Shown here in pieces: positions 47,010-56,792 of a stretch of DNA of 64,000 nucleotides (position 1 is the stretch's first letter; every line of letters begins with the position of its first letter). A program made the position numbers and the translations under genes. Origin of the DNA: Candidatus Eiseniibacteriota bacterium (lineage in GTDB: Bacteria; Joyebacterota; Joyebacteria; Joyebacterales; Joyebacteraceae); contig JBDRFG010000130.1 of the NCBI GenBank assembly GCA_043819135.1, forward strand, positions 16,005 through 80,004, given 5' to 3'. Under the pieces are notes generated by a model that worked only from the letters and a program-made list of their open reading frames with translations, made no database searches and was not told the origin of the DNA.

Positions 47010-48245
47010 ATGTGGATGGAGCCGAACGTGAGAAAGACGAATCGTATCCTCATCGTAGTAGAGAACCTGCCCGTCCCGTTCGACAGACGCGTCTGGATGG
47101 AGGCGACGACTCTCAAAGCGGCCGGGTATGAGATCAGCGTCATATGCCCTCAGGGCAAGCGCTACGCGGAGCCCTACGAAGAGATCGACGGGATATGCAT
47201 CTACCGCTATCCGACGCCGCCTCCGACCACGTCGAAGCTCTCGTACGCGTGGGAGTTCCCCTACTGCTGGTTCCATACGCTCAGACTGTCGATGAAGGTC
47301 TGGAGAAGCGGGGGATTCGACGCGATACACGCCTGCAATCCGCCCGACACGTTCTTCCTCATCGGGCTTCTGTTCAAGCTGTTCCACCGCACGAAATTCG
47401 TGTACGACCAGCACGACCTGTGCCCCGAGCTCTACCTGTCGCGCTTCGGGGGGAATCGCTCCGTCTACTTCGGGCTTCTGAGGATGCTGGAACGGGCGAC
47501 CTACCGGAGCTCAGACATGGTCATCTCCACCAACGCGTCCTACAAGGAACATGCCGTGTCCGTCGGCGGGTTCCGCGAGGACGCCATCTACGTCGTCCGG
47601 AGCGGACCGAAGGCGTCGCTGCTGACGCCCGTCGAGCCGCGGGCGGACTTGAAGGATGGGAAGAAATTCCTCGTCTGCTATCTGGGCGTCATGGCGCCTC
47701 AGGACGGAGTGGACTATCTGCTCCGCTCCATCCGTCACGTGGTTGACGTCGTGAAGAGGAAGGACATCCACTTCACGCTCATAGGTTCGGGCGATTCGTT
47801 CGGGGACATCAAGCAGTTCAGGGACGACCTGGGTCTCACCGACTGTGTCGAGATGACCGGGAGGATAACCGACGCCGACGTCGCCGGCTATCTGTCGACT
47901 GCGGACCTCTGCGTCTGCCCCGACCCCCTGAACCCACTGAACGACGTGTCCACCATGAACAAGGTGCTCGAGTACATGACATTCGGGAAGGCGATGGTCT
48001 CGTTCGACTTGAAGGAGAGCCGCTTCTCCGCGGCAGACGGTGCCCTCTACGCCACGGCGAACGACGAGATAGAGTTTGGCGAGAAGATGATCCAGCTACT
48101 CGACGACGACGAGCTCAGAGAAGAGATGGGGAGACGGAACAGGGAGCGCATTCAGAAGGAGCTCTCGTGGGAGCACACGAGCAAGGAACTCCTCAAGGCA
48201 TACGGGTCGCTTCTGGGTGATCCCTCACAGACGGAGGGACGTTGA
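47010..48245 (+). CDS. GT4 glycosyltransferase
   Basis: VENLPVPFDRRVW, HACNPPD, DQHDL.PE and STMNKVLEYM motifs. Confidence 0.88.
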   Translation: MWMEPNVRKTNRILIVVENLPVPFDRRVWMEATTLKAAGYEISVICPQGKRYAEPYEEIDGICIYRYPTPPPTTSKLSYAWEFPYCWFHTLRLSMKVWRSGGFDAIHACNPPDTFFLIGLLFKLFHRTKFVYDQHDLCPELYLSRFGGNRSVYFGLLRMLERATYRSSDMVISTNASYKEHAVSVGGFREDAIYVVRSGPKASLLTPVEPRADLKDGKKFLVCYLGVMAPQDGVDYLLRSIRHVVDVVKRKDIHFTLIGSGDSFGDIKQFRDDLGLTDCVEMTGRITDADVAGYLSTADLCVCPDPLNPLNDVSTMNKVLEYMTFGKAMVSFDLKESRFSAADGALYATANDEIEFGEKMIQLLDDDELREEMGRRNRERIQKELSWEHTSKELLKAYGSLLGDPSQTEGR

Positions 48246-49228
48246 TGGCGGGGCCCGTCGGCTGCGTCGTCGCGGTGACCTACAGGTGCGACGCGCGATG
48301 CACCGTGTGTGACATCTGGAAGAGCGATTCGAAGGCAGGAGACGAGCTCGAATCGTCCAACTACGCCTGGCTTCCGCGGTCGCTTCGATCGGTCAACGTC
48401 AGCGGAGGCGAGCCCTTCCTGCGAGACGATCTGGCGGAGGTCGTCTCCGTCATCGAGAAGGCCTGCCCTCGTGCGCGCGTGGTCATCTCCACCAACGGCC
48501 TCAATCCCGCCCGCATTGAGAAGATGATGTCGGAGATGAGAAGCGTGGCCGTGAGGGTCTCGATAGACGCGGTAGGAGAGAAGCACGACGAGATACGGGG
48601 GACCCCCGGCGGCTACGAGAAGGCCATCGACACGGTGACGCGTCTCAAGGCTCTCGGTGTTCCCGACCTCGGGTTGGCGGCGACGTCGTCCGAGAGAAAC
48701 CCGGGCGAACTCCTTCGCGTCAGGAAGCTCGCCGACGATCTGGGAGTCAGCTTCATCTCGAGCGCGGCTCACAGCTCGCCGATCTTCTTCGGCGAACACG
48801 ACGAGGACCGCCCCAGTTCCGATGAAGCGGCGGGCGAGATCGCGGAGATCATGCGTCAGGAACTCGGCTCCAGGAATCCGCGCGACTGGGCGAAGGCCTA
48901 CTACATGAGGGGACTCGTCGACTACGTGCAGGGGAAGCCGCGCAGGTTCCCATGCGGGGCCGGAGTCGACCACTTCTTCCTGGACCCGTTCGGAGACGTC
49001 TACCCGTGCAACATATCGGGTGTGAAGATGGGCAACATCAGGGAGGGAAGCTTCGAGCAGATAAGGCGTACGTCGGCGGCGGAGGTCATGCCCGCGGTGG
49101 CCGGTTGTGAGGTGCAGTGCTGGATGGTATGCACCGTGTCTCCTCCGATGCGCCGCCGTCCTCTTCGCCCCTGCGCTTGGATAGTCGGGGCGAAGCTCAT
49201 GGGGCTTGACACTTCGGTGGGCCGATGA
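48242..49228 (+). CDS. Radical SAM protein with SPASM/Twitch-like C-terminus
   Basis: CDARCTVC, SGGEP, STNG, VSID, C.AG...DPFGDVYPC and C...CWMVC motifs. Confidence 0.9.
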   Translation: MMAGPVGCVVAVTYRCDARCTVCDIWKSDSKAGDELESSNYAWLPRSLRSVNVSGGEPFLRDDLAEVVSVIEKACPRARVVISTNGLNPARIEKMMSEMRSVAVRVSIDAVGEKHDEIRGTPGGYEKAIDTVTRLKALGVPDLGLAATSSERNPGELLRVRKLADDLGVSFISSAAHSSPIFFGEHDEDRPSSDEAAGEIAEIMRQELGSRNPRDWAKAYYMRGLVDYVQGKPRRFPCGAGVDHFFLDPFGDVYPCNISGVKMGNIREGSFEQIRRTSAAEVMPAVAGCEVQCWMVCTVSPPMRRRPLRPCAWIVGAKLMGLDTSVGR

Positions 49229-49265
49229 CAGGCTCCAAGGTTCTTGAGAAGGGCTTGGGCGAACC

Positions 49266-50486
49266 ATGAAGGTTCTCGCCGCGAATAAGTACTACTTCGT
49301 CAAGGGGGGGACCGAGCGGTACTTCTTCGTGCTCAAGCGCATCCTCGAGGGGCGGGGCCACGCGGTCGTCCCGTTCGCGATGCAGCATCGCCAGAACGAG
49401 CCGAGCGACTTCGCGGAACACTTCGTTTCGTTCGAGGCGTTCGATGAGAGTGCCGGGCTCGCGGCCCGTGCGAGAGCCGCGGCGAGGATACTGTACTCGC
49501 GGGAGGCGAGGAGGAAAATAGAGGCGCTGGTCGACGCGACCGGCCCCGATGTGGCGCATCTGCACAACATCGCGCACCAGCTGTCGCCCTCGATCCTCTA
49601 CGGGCTGAAGTCGCGCGGAGTGCCGGTCGTGCAGACGCTCCACGACTTCAAGCTGGTCTGTCCCAACTACCAGATGTTGGTTCGGGGCGCCATCTGCGAG
49701 CGCTGTGCCAAGTGGCGGTACTACAACGCGGTTCTCAATCGGTGCATGCGCGATTCGGCGACCTCAAGCGCGCTCGTGGCGTTCGAGGCGTACATTCACA
49801 AGCTGTTGCGCAGCTACGCCCGCAACGTCGGCGTTTTCGTGGCGCCCAGCCGACAGCTCAAGGAACGGATGATAGCTCACGGCGTGGACGGTGACCGGAT
49901 CGTCCACCTGCCGAACACCGTAGCTCTGGAGGAGTACGAGCCCAGATACGAGTCGGATGGCTACGGCGTCTATGTCGGCAGGCTGTCTGCGGGGAAGGGA
50001 CTCGAGACGCTTCTCGCGGCGCTCGCTGGTGCGAGGACCATCAGGCTCAAGATCGTGGGAACCGGGCCGCTGGCAGATAGCTTGCAGAGGACCGCGGCTG
50101 CGGAGGGGCTCTCGAACGTCGAGTTCCTCGGATACAAGAGGGGGGCCGAGTTAAGGTCGGTCGTGGGCGGAGCGCTGTTCGTCGTGGTTCCGTCCGAGTG
50201 CCTCGAGAATTCGCCTTTGACGGTCTTCGAGGCCTTCGCACAGGGCAAGGCGGTCGTTGGGTCGAGGATCGGTGGCATCCCGGAGCTTGTCTCGGAGGGG
50301 GAGTCGGGGCTGATCTTCGAGCCCGGAGACGCGGAGGAGTTCGCAGAGCGCATGCTCACCCTGTGGGACGACCCGGACCTGGCGATCCGAATGGGCAGGG
50401 CCGCTCGCGACAGGATAGAGACTCACTTTGGACCGAACGTCCATTACGAGAAGATGATGGCGATCTACGAAAGGGCCCGAGCTTGA
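49266..50486 (+). CDS. GT4 glycosyltransferase
   Basis: TLHDFKLVCP, VGRLS.GKG and ENSPL.VFEA motifs. Confidence 0.9.
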   Translation: MKVLAANKYYFVKGGTERYFFVLKRILEGRGHAVVPFAMQHRQNEPSDFAEHFVSFEAFDESAGLAARARAAARILYSREARRKIEALVDATGPDVAHLHNIAHQLSPSILYGLKSRGVPVVQTLHDFKLVCPNYQMLVRGAICERCAKWRYYNAVLNRCMRDSATSSALVAFEAYIHKLLRSYARNVGVFVAPSRQLKERMIAHGVDGDRIVHLPNTVALEEYEPRYESDGYGVYVGRLSAGKGLETLLAALAGARTIRLKIVGTGPLADSLQRTAAAEGLSNVEFLGYKRGAELRSVVGGALFVVVPSECLENSPLTVFEAFAQGKAVVGSRIGGIPELVSEGESGLIFEPGDAEEFAERMLTLWDDPDLAIRMGRAARDRIETHFGPNVHYEKMMAIYERARA

Positions 50487-51580
50487 AGATCGCGATGCTG
50501 GGACAGAAGGGGATTCCGGCGACCTACGGCGGCATCGAGCGACACGTCGAAGAACTCGGCATGCGCCTGGTTGAGAGAGGCCACGAGGTGACCGTGTACT
50601 GTCGCCCCTACTACACGAAGATGCAGGGCGACTACCGCGGCATGCGGATCGTCAACATCCCCAGCGTGCGTACCAAGCACCTCGACACGGCGACACACTG
50701 TGCCCTGGCGCTACCACACATCTTGGCCAAGGACTACGACATCGTGCACTTCCACGCACTCGGACCGTCGCTGTTCGCCAACCTGCCGCGGCTTCGGGGC
50801 GCGCGGACGCTGGTGACCGTTCACGGGCTCGATTGGCAAAGGGAGAAGTGGGGTTCGTTCGCCAAGTGGGTGCTCAAGCGCTGCGAGTACACGTCGGCCA
50901 ACTATCCCGACAGGACCATCGTCGTGTCCAAGGCGCTGCGTGAGCACTTCCGACAGGTACACAACAACTACGTCACGTACATCCCGAACGGGACGGTCCT
51001 CCCTAACGTACGGAAGGCCGAGAAGATAACCGAGATGGGGCTTGATCCGGGCAACTACATCCTCTTCGTCGGGCGGCTGGTTCCCGAGAAGGGGGCGCAC
51101 TACCTTCTGGACGCCTTCTCGCAGATGGACACCGACATGGAGCTCGTGGTGGCCGGTGGAACCAGTTTTTCCACCGACTATGTCGAGAGTCTGCACGCGA
51201 AGGGTGGCGATCGCGTTCGCTTCCTCGGTTACGTCTACGGGGACGTGCTCGACGAGCTCTACTCGAACGCGCGCGTGTTCGTGCTTCCCTCCGACATCGA
51301 GGGTCTTCCTATAGCTCTACTGGAGGCGATGAGTTTCGGTAACTGCTGCCTGACCAGCGACATCCCCGAGAACATCGAGGTCATCGGGGATTGCGGTGCC
51401 ACGTTCAAGCAGGGCGACGCCGACGACCTGAGAAACAAACTGACGGCGCTTCTGGACAGCCCGGACATGTGCCACGCGGTAGGCGACAGGGCCAGACGTC
51501 ACGTGCTCGAAACCTACGATTGGGACGGAGTCACGCTTCACACGGAGGCTATCTACTACACGATGCTCAGAGGTTTCTAG
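50483..51580 (+). CDS. GT4 glycosyltransferase
   Basis: KGIPATYGGIE.HVE, TVHGLDW, VGRLVPEKG and EGLPIALLEAMS motifs; TTGA overlap at 50483. Confidence 0.9.
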   Translation: MKIAMLGQKGIPATYGGIERHVEELGMRLVERGHEVTVYCRPYYTKMQGDYRGMRIVNIPSVRTKHLDTATHCALALPHILAKDYDIVHFHALGPSLFANLPRLRGARTLVTVHGLDWQREKWGSFAKWVLKRCEYTSANYPDRTIVVSKALREHFRQVHNNYVTYIPNGTVLPNVRKAEKITEMGLDPGNYILFVGRLVPEKGAHYLLDAFSQMDTDMELVVAGGTSFSTDYVESLHAKGGDRVRFLGYVYGDVLDELYSNARVFVLPSDIEGLPIALLEAMSFGNCCLTSDIPENIEVIGDCGATFKQGDADDLRNKLTALLDSPDMCHAVGDRARRHVLETYDWDGVTLHTEAIYYTMLRGF

Positions 51581-51612
51581 AGCGCACCGCCGCGCACGTC
51601 GAGGGGCAGGAG

Positions 51613-52503
51613 ATGTTGGACATCGCTACCGCGCTCGAACAGGAACGACAGCACGTCGAGGGTGAGCTTGAGCGGCACCTTCCGGCCGAAGGCGAATACC
51701 CCGAGCGGATTCACGAGGCCATAAGATACTCCGTCCTGGACGGAGGCAAGCGTCTGAGGCCCATCATCGTGCTCGCCGCGACGCGGGCGCTGGGTCACGA
51801 TCGAGCAAAGGTCGTGAAGGCCGCCTGTTCCGTCGAGTACGTGCACTGTTGCTCGCTCGTGCTCGATGACCTGCCGTCGATGGACGATGCGACGACGCGC
51901 CGCGGCCGCCCGACGACCCACAGGGCCTTCGGTGTGGCCACGGGCATCCTCGCCGCCGACGCGCTTCTGATGCACGCGTTCAAGCTCGTGGCGGATAACG
52001 GAGTCGACGTGGGCGCGAGCGGTCCGATGGTGGCCGGGGCCGTTCGGGACCTCGCGACGGCCGTCGGGTCGTACGGCATGGTCGGTGGGCAGCACGTCGA
52101 TCTCGAGGTCGCCGGGCGCCCCGCCGTCGACATGGAGACGCTGGAGTACATCCAGACACGCAAGACCGGGGCTCTGTTCGTCGTCGCAGCCACGCTCGGA
52201 GGCACGTTGCTCGGGGCCGCACCTGAAGGCCTGGATGCGCTGAGGCAGTACGCAGGCAAGCTGGGGCTGGCGTATCAGATAGTCGATGACATTCTCGACG
52301 CCGTTGGCGATGCCGAGGCCGTCGGGAAGGACGTTCGCAAGGACGTTGGCAAGGCGTCTTTCGTTACGGTTCAAGGTGTTGACGCCGCGAGGCGCTCGGC
52401 GGCCCGCTTGATCTCGCAGGCCCGCGATGCTCTGACCGACCTCGACGGGGACGCCGCGGTGCTCGACGACATCGCCGCCTACTGCCTCGACAGGTCGTAC
52501 TGA
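51613..52503 (+). CDS. Short-chain polyprenyl diphosphate synthase (IspA/CrtE family)
   Basis: GGKRLRP, DDLPSMD...RRG, GQ.VD, KTGALF and YQIVDDILD motifs; AGGAG RBS. Confidence 0.92.
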   Translation: MLDIATALEQERQHVEGELERHLPAEGEYPERIHEAIRYSVLDGGKRLRPIIVLAATRALGHDRAKVVKAACSVEYVHCCSLVLDDLPSMDDATTRRGRPTTHRAFGVATGILAADALLMHAFKLVADNGVDVGASGPMVAGAVRDLATAVGSYGMVGGQHVDLEVAGRPAVDMETLEYIQTRKTGALFVVAATLGGTLLGAAPEGLDALRQYAGKLGLAYQIVDDILDAVGDAEAVGKDVRKDVGKASFVTVQGVDAARRSAARLISQARDALTDLDGDAAVLDDIAAYCLDRSY

Positions 52504-52523
52504 CGGGACGGGGGAAGAGTCTG

Positions 52524-53579
52524 ATGACCTACGCCGTGATACTTGCCGGGGGTTGGGGCGAGAGACTCTGGCCGATGAGCACACGGGCCAGACCCAAGCA
52601 ACTCCTCAATCTCACGGGAGATTCCACCCTGGTCGGGAACACGCTCAAGCGCATCGCGCCCGTCGTGTCGCTTCCGAACGCGATCGTGATGACGAGCAGC
52701 GCGCTGAAAGACCAGATGGTTGACGAGCTCGCACCGATCCCGGCGCACAGGATCATCGGAGAACCGGTGGGCAAGAACACCGCACCGGCCATCGCGCTCG
52801 CCGCGAAGCTACTTTCGACCACCGATCCGGACGCCGTCATGGTCGTGCTTCCCGCCGACCACGTGATCGGTGATGATGACGCGTTCCGCGCCGCGATAGG
52901 CCTGGCGGCCGCCGCGGCGGAGACGAAGCGAGCGCTGGTTACGCTGGGCATACGTCCGACGAGGCCCGAGACGGAGTACGGCTACATCCGGGCCGGAGCC
53001 GCGTGCGAGCTTCCCGGAGTCCTCGAGGTTGCGTCGTTCGAGGAGAAGCCGGATCGCGAGCGGGCGGAGGAGTACATAGAGGACGGCGGGTACTACTGGA
53101 ACAGCGGGATGTTCGTGTGGCGCGCCGACGTCTTCCTCGCTGAGGTGGAGAGACATCTCCCGAACGTCGCCGAGGCGCTGTCGGCCATCACGCGTGGCCC
53201 GGGCGACGCCGGCTTCGACGACGAGCTGGTCCGATTCTACAGGTCTGTGGAGGGGATCTCCGTCGACTACGGCATCATGGAGAAGGCGGACGGAGTCCTC
53301 GTGGTCCCGTCCGACTTCGGTTGGGACGACGTGGGCGCGTGGCCTGCCGTTGCGAGGATATGGCCGGGCGACGGCGCCGGTAACACGGTGCGGGGAGACG
53401 CGCTGGTCATCGATTCGAGCGACTGCATCGCGTACTCCGAGAGCGGGATCGTGGCGGTTCTCGGGATGAGCGGAGTCGTGGTCGTCAGAACGCCCGACGC
53501 CACTCTGGTCTGCCCGAAGGACAGGGCACGCGACGTTCGGCTAATAGTGGACGGCCTCCGTTCAAGGGGCGAGACGTAG
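52524..53579 (+). CDS. manC: Mannose-1-phosphate guanylyltransferase
   Basis: LAGG.G.RLWP.S....PKQ, EP.GKNTAPA, PADH, FEEKP, WNSGMF and WDDVG motifs; no cupin domain. Confidence 0.92.
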   Translation: MTYAVILAGGWGERLWPMSTRARPKQLLNLTGDSTLVGNTLKRIAPVVSLPNAIVMTSSALKDQMVDELAPIPAHRIIGEPVGKNTAPAIALAAKLLSTTDPDAVMVVLPADHVIGDDDAFRAAIGLAAAAAETKRALVTLGIRPTRPETEYGYIRAGAACELPGVLEVASFEEKPDRERAEEYIEDGGYYWNSGMFVWRADVFLAEVERHLPNVAEALSAITRGPGDAGFDDELVRFYRSVEGISVDYGIMEKADGVLVVPSDFGWDDVGAWPAVARIWPGDGAGNTVRGDALVIDSSDCIAYSESGIVAVLGMSGVVVVRTPDATLVCPKDRARDVRLIVDGLRSRGET

Positions 53580-53775
53580 CCCTGCCGGCTCGCGAGCGCT
53601 TCTCGGTCCTGGCCGGAGGGAGCTCCCAGGCGGCAACGGCACGCGGCGCCTTGACTCGGGGCCGTCGGTCTGGTACCGATTGTTGTTCCGACGCGCCGGC
53701 GGCCCCGGCACACATCACGTCGGCGACTGCTGCTTCAGTTACGAACGTGTACGAACGGCCATCAAAAGGAAGAGC

Positions 53776-54795
53776 ATGCCGCAGCTGAGAAAAGACCCGG
53801 TACTCGGACGTTGGGTCATCATCGCTACCGAGCGCGGAAAGCGACCGACCGATTTCGCGACCGAACCCGAGGATAGAAAGAGCGGTTTCTGTCCGTTCGA
53901 CGAGGGCAACGAGGACAAGACGCCTCCCGAGGTGATGGCGTACCGAGACCCCGGTACCGCTCCGGACACGCCCGGGTGGAAGGTCAGGGTAGTGCCGAAC
54001 AAGTTCCCGGCGCTGTCCATTGAGGGCGACCTGGACAGGGCGGGAGAGGGGATGTACGACAAGATGAACGGCGTCGGTGCTCACGAGGTCATCATCGAAA
54101 CACCGGAACACGACCGGCGGTTCGCCGACCTTCCGTCCGAGCACGTGGCTCTCGTCATCAAGGCCATCCAACAGCGGATGCTCGACCTTCAGGGGGACAG
54201 CAGATTCAGGTACATCCAGGCCTTCCGCAACAGCGGGAGCGCTGCGGGGGCGTCACTTCAGCACCCGCACTCCCAGTTGATAGCGCTGCCGATCCTGCCC
54301 AAGCGCCTGACCGAAGAGCTGGCCGGCAGCAAGAAATACTACGCCTACAAGGAGAGGTGCGTCTTCTGCGACATCGTCGCGCAGGAAGCGTGGACGAAGA
54401 CGCGCATCGTCTGTGAGAACGAGAGCTTCCTAACGCTGGCTCCGTTCGCCGCGCGGTTTCCGTTCGAAACGTGGATCCTTCCGAGGGAGCACCATTCGTC
54501 CTTCGAGGTGATGGACGACGGGATGCGGCGGCAGCTCGCCGACGTGCTCAAGGAGACACTGATGCGCATCAACAGCGCGCTCTCCTTCCCGCCGTACAAT
54601 TACATTGTGCATTCCGCTCCGAGCGGTGAGACCGATCTGAAGTACTACCACTGGCACATCGAGATAATGCCGAAGCTCACGAAGATGGCGGGTTTCGAAT
54701 GGGGGTCGGGCTTTTACATCAATCCCGTGCCGCCCGAGGAGGCCGCCGGGTACCTGCGTGAGGTTGAGGTTCTTGAGGAGGAGATCACGGCTTGA
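53776..54795 (+). CDS. galT: GalT-family nucleotidyltransferase (HIT superfamily)
   Basis: LRKDP...RWV, VPNKFPA, G.HEVIIE, AGASLQHPHSQ, CVFC and AGFEWGSG motifs. Confidence 0.88.
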   Translation: MPQLRKDPVLGRWVIIATERGKRPTDFATEPEDRKSGFCPFDEGNEDKTPPEVMAYRDPGTAPDTPGWKVRVVPNKFPALSIEGDLDRAGEGMYDKMNGVGAHEVIIETPEHDRRFADLPSEHVALVIKAIQQRMLDLQGDSRFRYIQAFRNSGSAAGASLQHPHSQLIALPILPKRLTEELAGSKKYYAYKERCVFCDIVAQEAWTKTRIVCENESFLTLAPFAARFPFETWILPREHHSSFEVMDDGMRRQLADVLKETLMRINSALSFPPYNYIVHSAPSGETDLKYYHWHIEIMPKLTKMAGFEWGSGFYINPVPPEEAAGYLREVEVLEEEITA

Positions 54796-56279
54796 GGATT
54801 CTGATGGCATCCGCTGAGGTCGCGCCCTTCGCGAGGGTCGGCGGCCTCTCCGACGTTGTGGGAGCGCTCTCGAAGGCGACGGCCGAATCGGGGCACGAAG
54901 TATCCGTGTTCCTGCCCAAGTACAAGTGTATCGATGCCGAGTCGTACGGTTTCGCCAGACTCGGCGACGCGGGCAGGTTGGCCGTGCCGATGGGGGAGAA
55001 CGACGAACTCGTGGAGATATGGCGGGGCCGGATGCCCGGCTGCGACGACGTGACCGTATATCTCATCGGGCACGACGGGTACTTCCACCGCGAGGGGATA
55101 TACGTTGACCCCGAGACGAAACATGGCTACCCGGACGAGGTCGCGCGCTACGCTCTGTTCAGCCGCGCGGTCCTGGAGGCGGCCGTCGCTCTGGGGATTT
55201 CGCCCGACGTGTTGCACCTGAACGATCACCACACGGCCATGGCGGCCGTCTACCTGCGTGAGTTCTACAGCGAGACGCCCGGACTCGGTGGAGCGGGCGT
55301 TGTCTTCAGCATCCACAATCTTGGCTACCTCGGCCAATTCGATCCATCGCTTCTGCCGTCGCTCGGGTTCTCCAGTGACCTGTGCGTTCCCGGCAGCCCA
55401 TTCGAGTACAACGGCACCGTCAGCACGCTCAAGCTCGGGATCGAGTTCGCCAACTACGTCAACACCGTCAGCGAGAGATACGCCGAGGAGATCTCCAGCT
55501 CACCGGAGTTCGGGCTTGGCCTGGAAGGGGTGCTGGCCGAGAAGCGCGACGCCGGGAGGCTCCTGGGAATATTGAACGGTGTCGATTACTCGGACTGGGA
55601 CCCCGCGGTGGACACGCTGATCCCCGCGCGCTACTCACCCGGCGACATGGGCGGCAAACGCGTCTGCAAGCGAGAGCTGCTGGAGCGTTCCGGTCTGGCC
55701 GGCGCCACGGACGCTCCCGTAATTGGGATGGTGTCCAGGCTCGCCGACCAGAAGGGCTTCGACCTTCTGAGGGCGGAGGCCGACGCCATCCTCGCGACCG
55801 GCGCCGTTCTCGTGATCCTCGGCACCGGGCAGGAGGAGTATCACGAGTTCCTCGCCGGCCTCGCCGAGAAGCACCCGGAACAGGTCGCGGCGCACCTGAC
55901 GTTCAACAACGAACTGGCTCACATGATCGAGGCGGGGTCGGACATGTTCCTGATGCCCTCCCGATACGAGCCCTGCGGGTTGAACCAGATGTACAGTCTG
56001 CGGTACGGGACGGTCCCGATAGTCCGGGCGACAGGCGGACTTGCCGACACGGTGGAGGACTTCGACCCGTCGAAGGGGACCGGGAGCGGCTTCGTCTTCG
56101 AGGAGTACGAGGCCGCGGCGATGCTCGAGGCCGTGGAGCGGGCGGTGGCCGCCTACGGCGACGAGGACGCCTGGAGCGGTCTTGTCAGCCGCGGCATGGC
56201 CCTCGACTACAGCTGGGGAACCTCCGCGGGCAAGTACGTCGAACTCTACGGTCGGGCCAGCACCGTAGCCGTCGGATAG
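54792..56279 (+). CDS. glgA: Glycogen synthase (GT5)
   Basis: EVAPFA.VGGL.DV, HNLGY.G, GILNGVD, SRLADQKG and PSRYEPCGLNQMY motifs; TTGA overlap with galT. Confidence 0.92.
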   Translation: MRILMASAEVAPFARVGGLSDVVGALSKATAESGHEVSVFLPKYKCIDAESYGFARLGDAGRLAVPMGENDELVEIWRGRMPGCDDVTVYLIGHDGYFHREGIYVDPETKHGYPDEVARYALFSRAVLEAAVALGISPDVLHLNDHHTAMAAVYLREFYSETPGLGGAGVVFSIHNLGYLGQFDPSLLPSLGFSSDLCVPGSPFEYNGTVSTLKLGIEFANYVNTVSERYAEEISSSPEFGLGLEGVLAEKRDAGRLLGILNGVDYSDWDPAVDTLIPARYSPGDMGGKRVCKRELLERSGLAGATDAPVIGMVSRLADQKGFDLLRAEADAILATGAVLVILGTGQEEYHEFLAGLAEKHPEQVAAHLTFNNELAHMIEAGSDMFLMPSRYEPCGLNQMYSLRYGTVPIVRATGGLADTVEDFDPSKGTGSGFVFEEYEAAAMLEAVERAVAAYGDEDAWSGLVSRGMALDYSWGTSAGKYVELYGRASTVAVG

Positions 56280-56376
56280 CCGGCGGTTCCCTCGGAGCCC
56301 GGACCTGGTTCGCTCGCGGGGACTTCCATCGGGCCGCTCAGTGCGAGGGGCTCGGCGCACAGCGGGGGCTTTGGTC

Positions 56377-56405
56377 TTGACACCTGTGTCCAGGGAGGCC
56401 ATACT
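56377..56405 (+). promoter_or_regulatory. sigma70-type promoter of the tRNA operon
   Basis: TTGACA-17 nt-CATACT, 20 nt before tRNA-Gly. Confidence 0.65.
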
Positions 56406-56425
56406 CCCTGTTCGCGTGAACTCAC

Positions 56426-56500
56426 GCGGGAATAGCTCAGTGGTAGAGCGCCACCTTGCCAAGGTGGATGTCGCGGGTTCGAGCCCCGTTTCCCGCTCCA
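56426..56500 (+). tRNA. tRNA-Gly(GCC)
   Basis: Cloverleaf GCGGGAA...TTCCCGC-TCCA; anticodon arm CCACC-TTGCCAA-GGTGG; GGTTCGAG T-loop. Confidence 0.97.
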
Positions 56501-56550
56501 GAACGCGACAGGCAGGGGCGGTCAGCACTCACGCCCCTGTCGTCGTCATA

Positions 56551-56625
56551 GGCGGCGTAGCCAAGTGGCTAAGGCAGAGGACTGCAAATCCTTGATCAGC
56601 GGTTCGAATCCGCTCGCCGCCTCCA
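56551..56625 (+). tRNA. tRNA-Cys(GCA)
   Basis: GGCGGCG...CGCCGCC-TCCA; anticodon loop CTGCAAA; GGTTCGAATCC. Confidence 0.97.
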
Positions 56626-56701
56626 GTATTCGTGCCGGTGGTCAGGCTAGACGGGGCGAGACCGTATCTCGCCCGGGCGCCGGCCACCGGTTCGATTTGT
56701 C

Positions 56702-56792
56702 GCCGGGGTGGCGAAACTGGTAGACGCATCGGACTTAAAATCCGTTGAGGCTTTCTAGCCTCGTGCCGGTTCGAACCCGGCCCCCGGCACCA
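56702..56792 (+). tRNA. tRNA-Leu(TAA)
   Basis: GCCGGGG...CCCCGGC-ACCA; anticodon loop CTTAAAA; long variable arm. Confidence 0.96.

Noticed and set aside
53651..53680. Promoter upstream of galT (TTGACT...TACCGA)
   Set aside because: The -10 match is too weak to call.
56501..56701. Hairpins between the tRNA genes
   Set aside because: Ordinary GC-rich spacer stems in a tRNA operon; no support for independent RNAs. ORFs drawn across the tRNAs are spurious.
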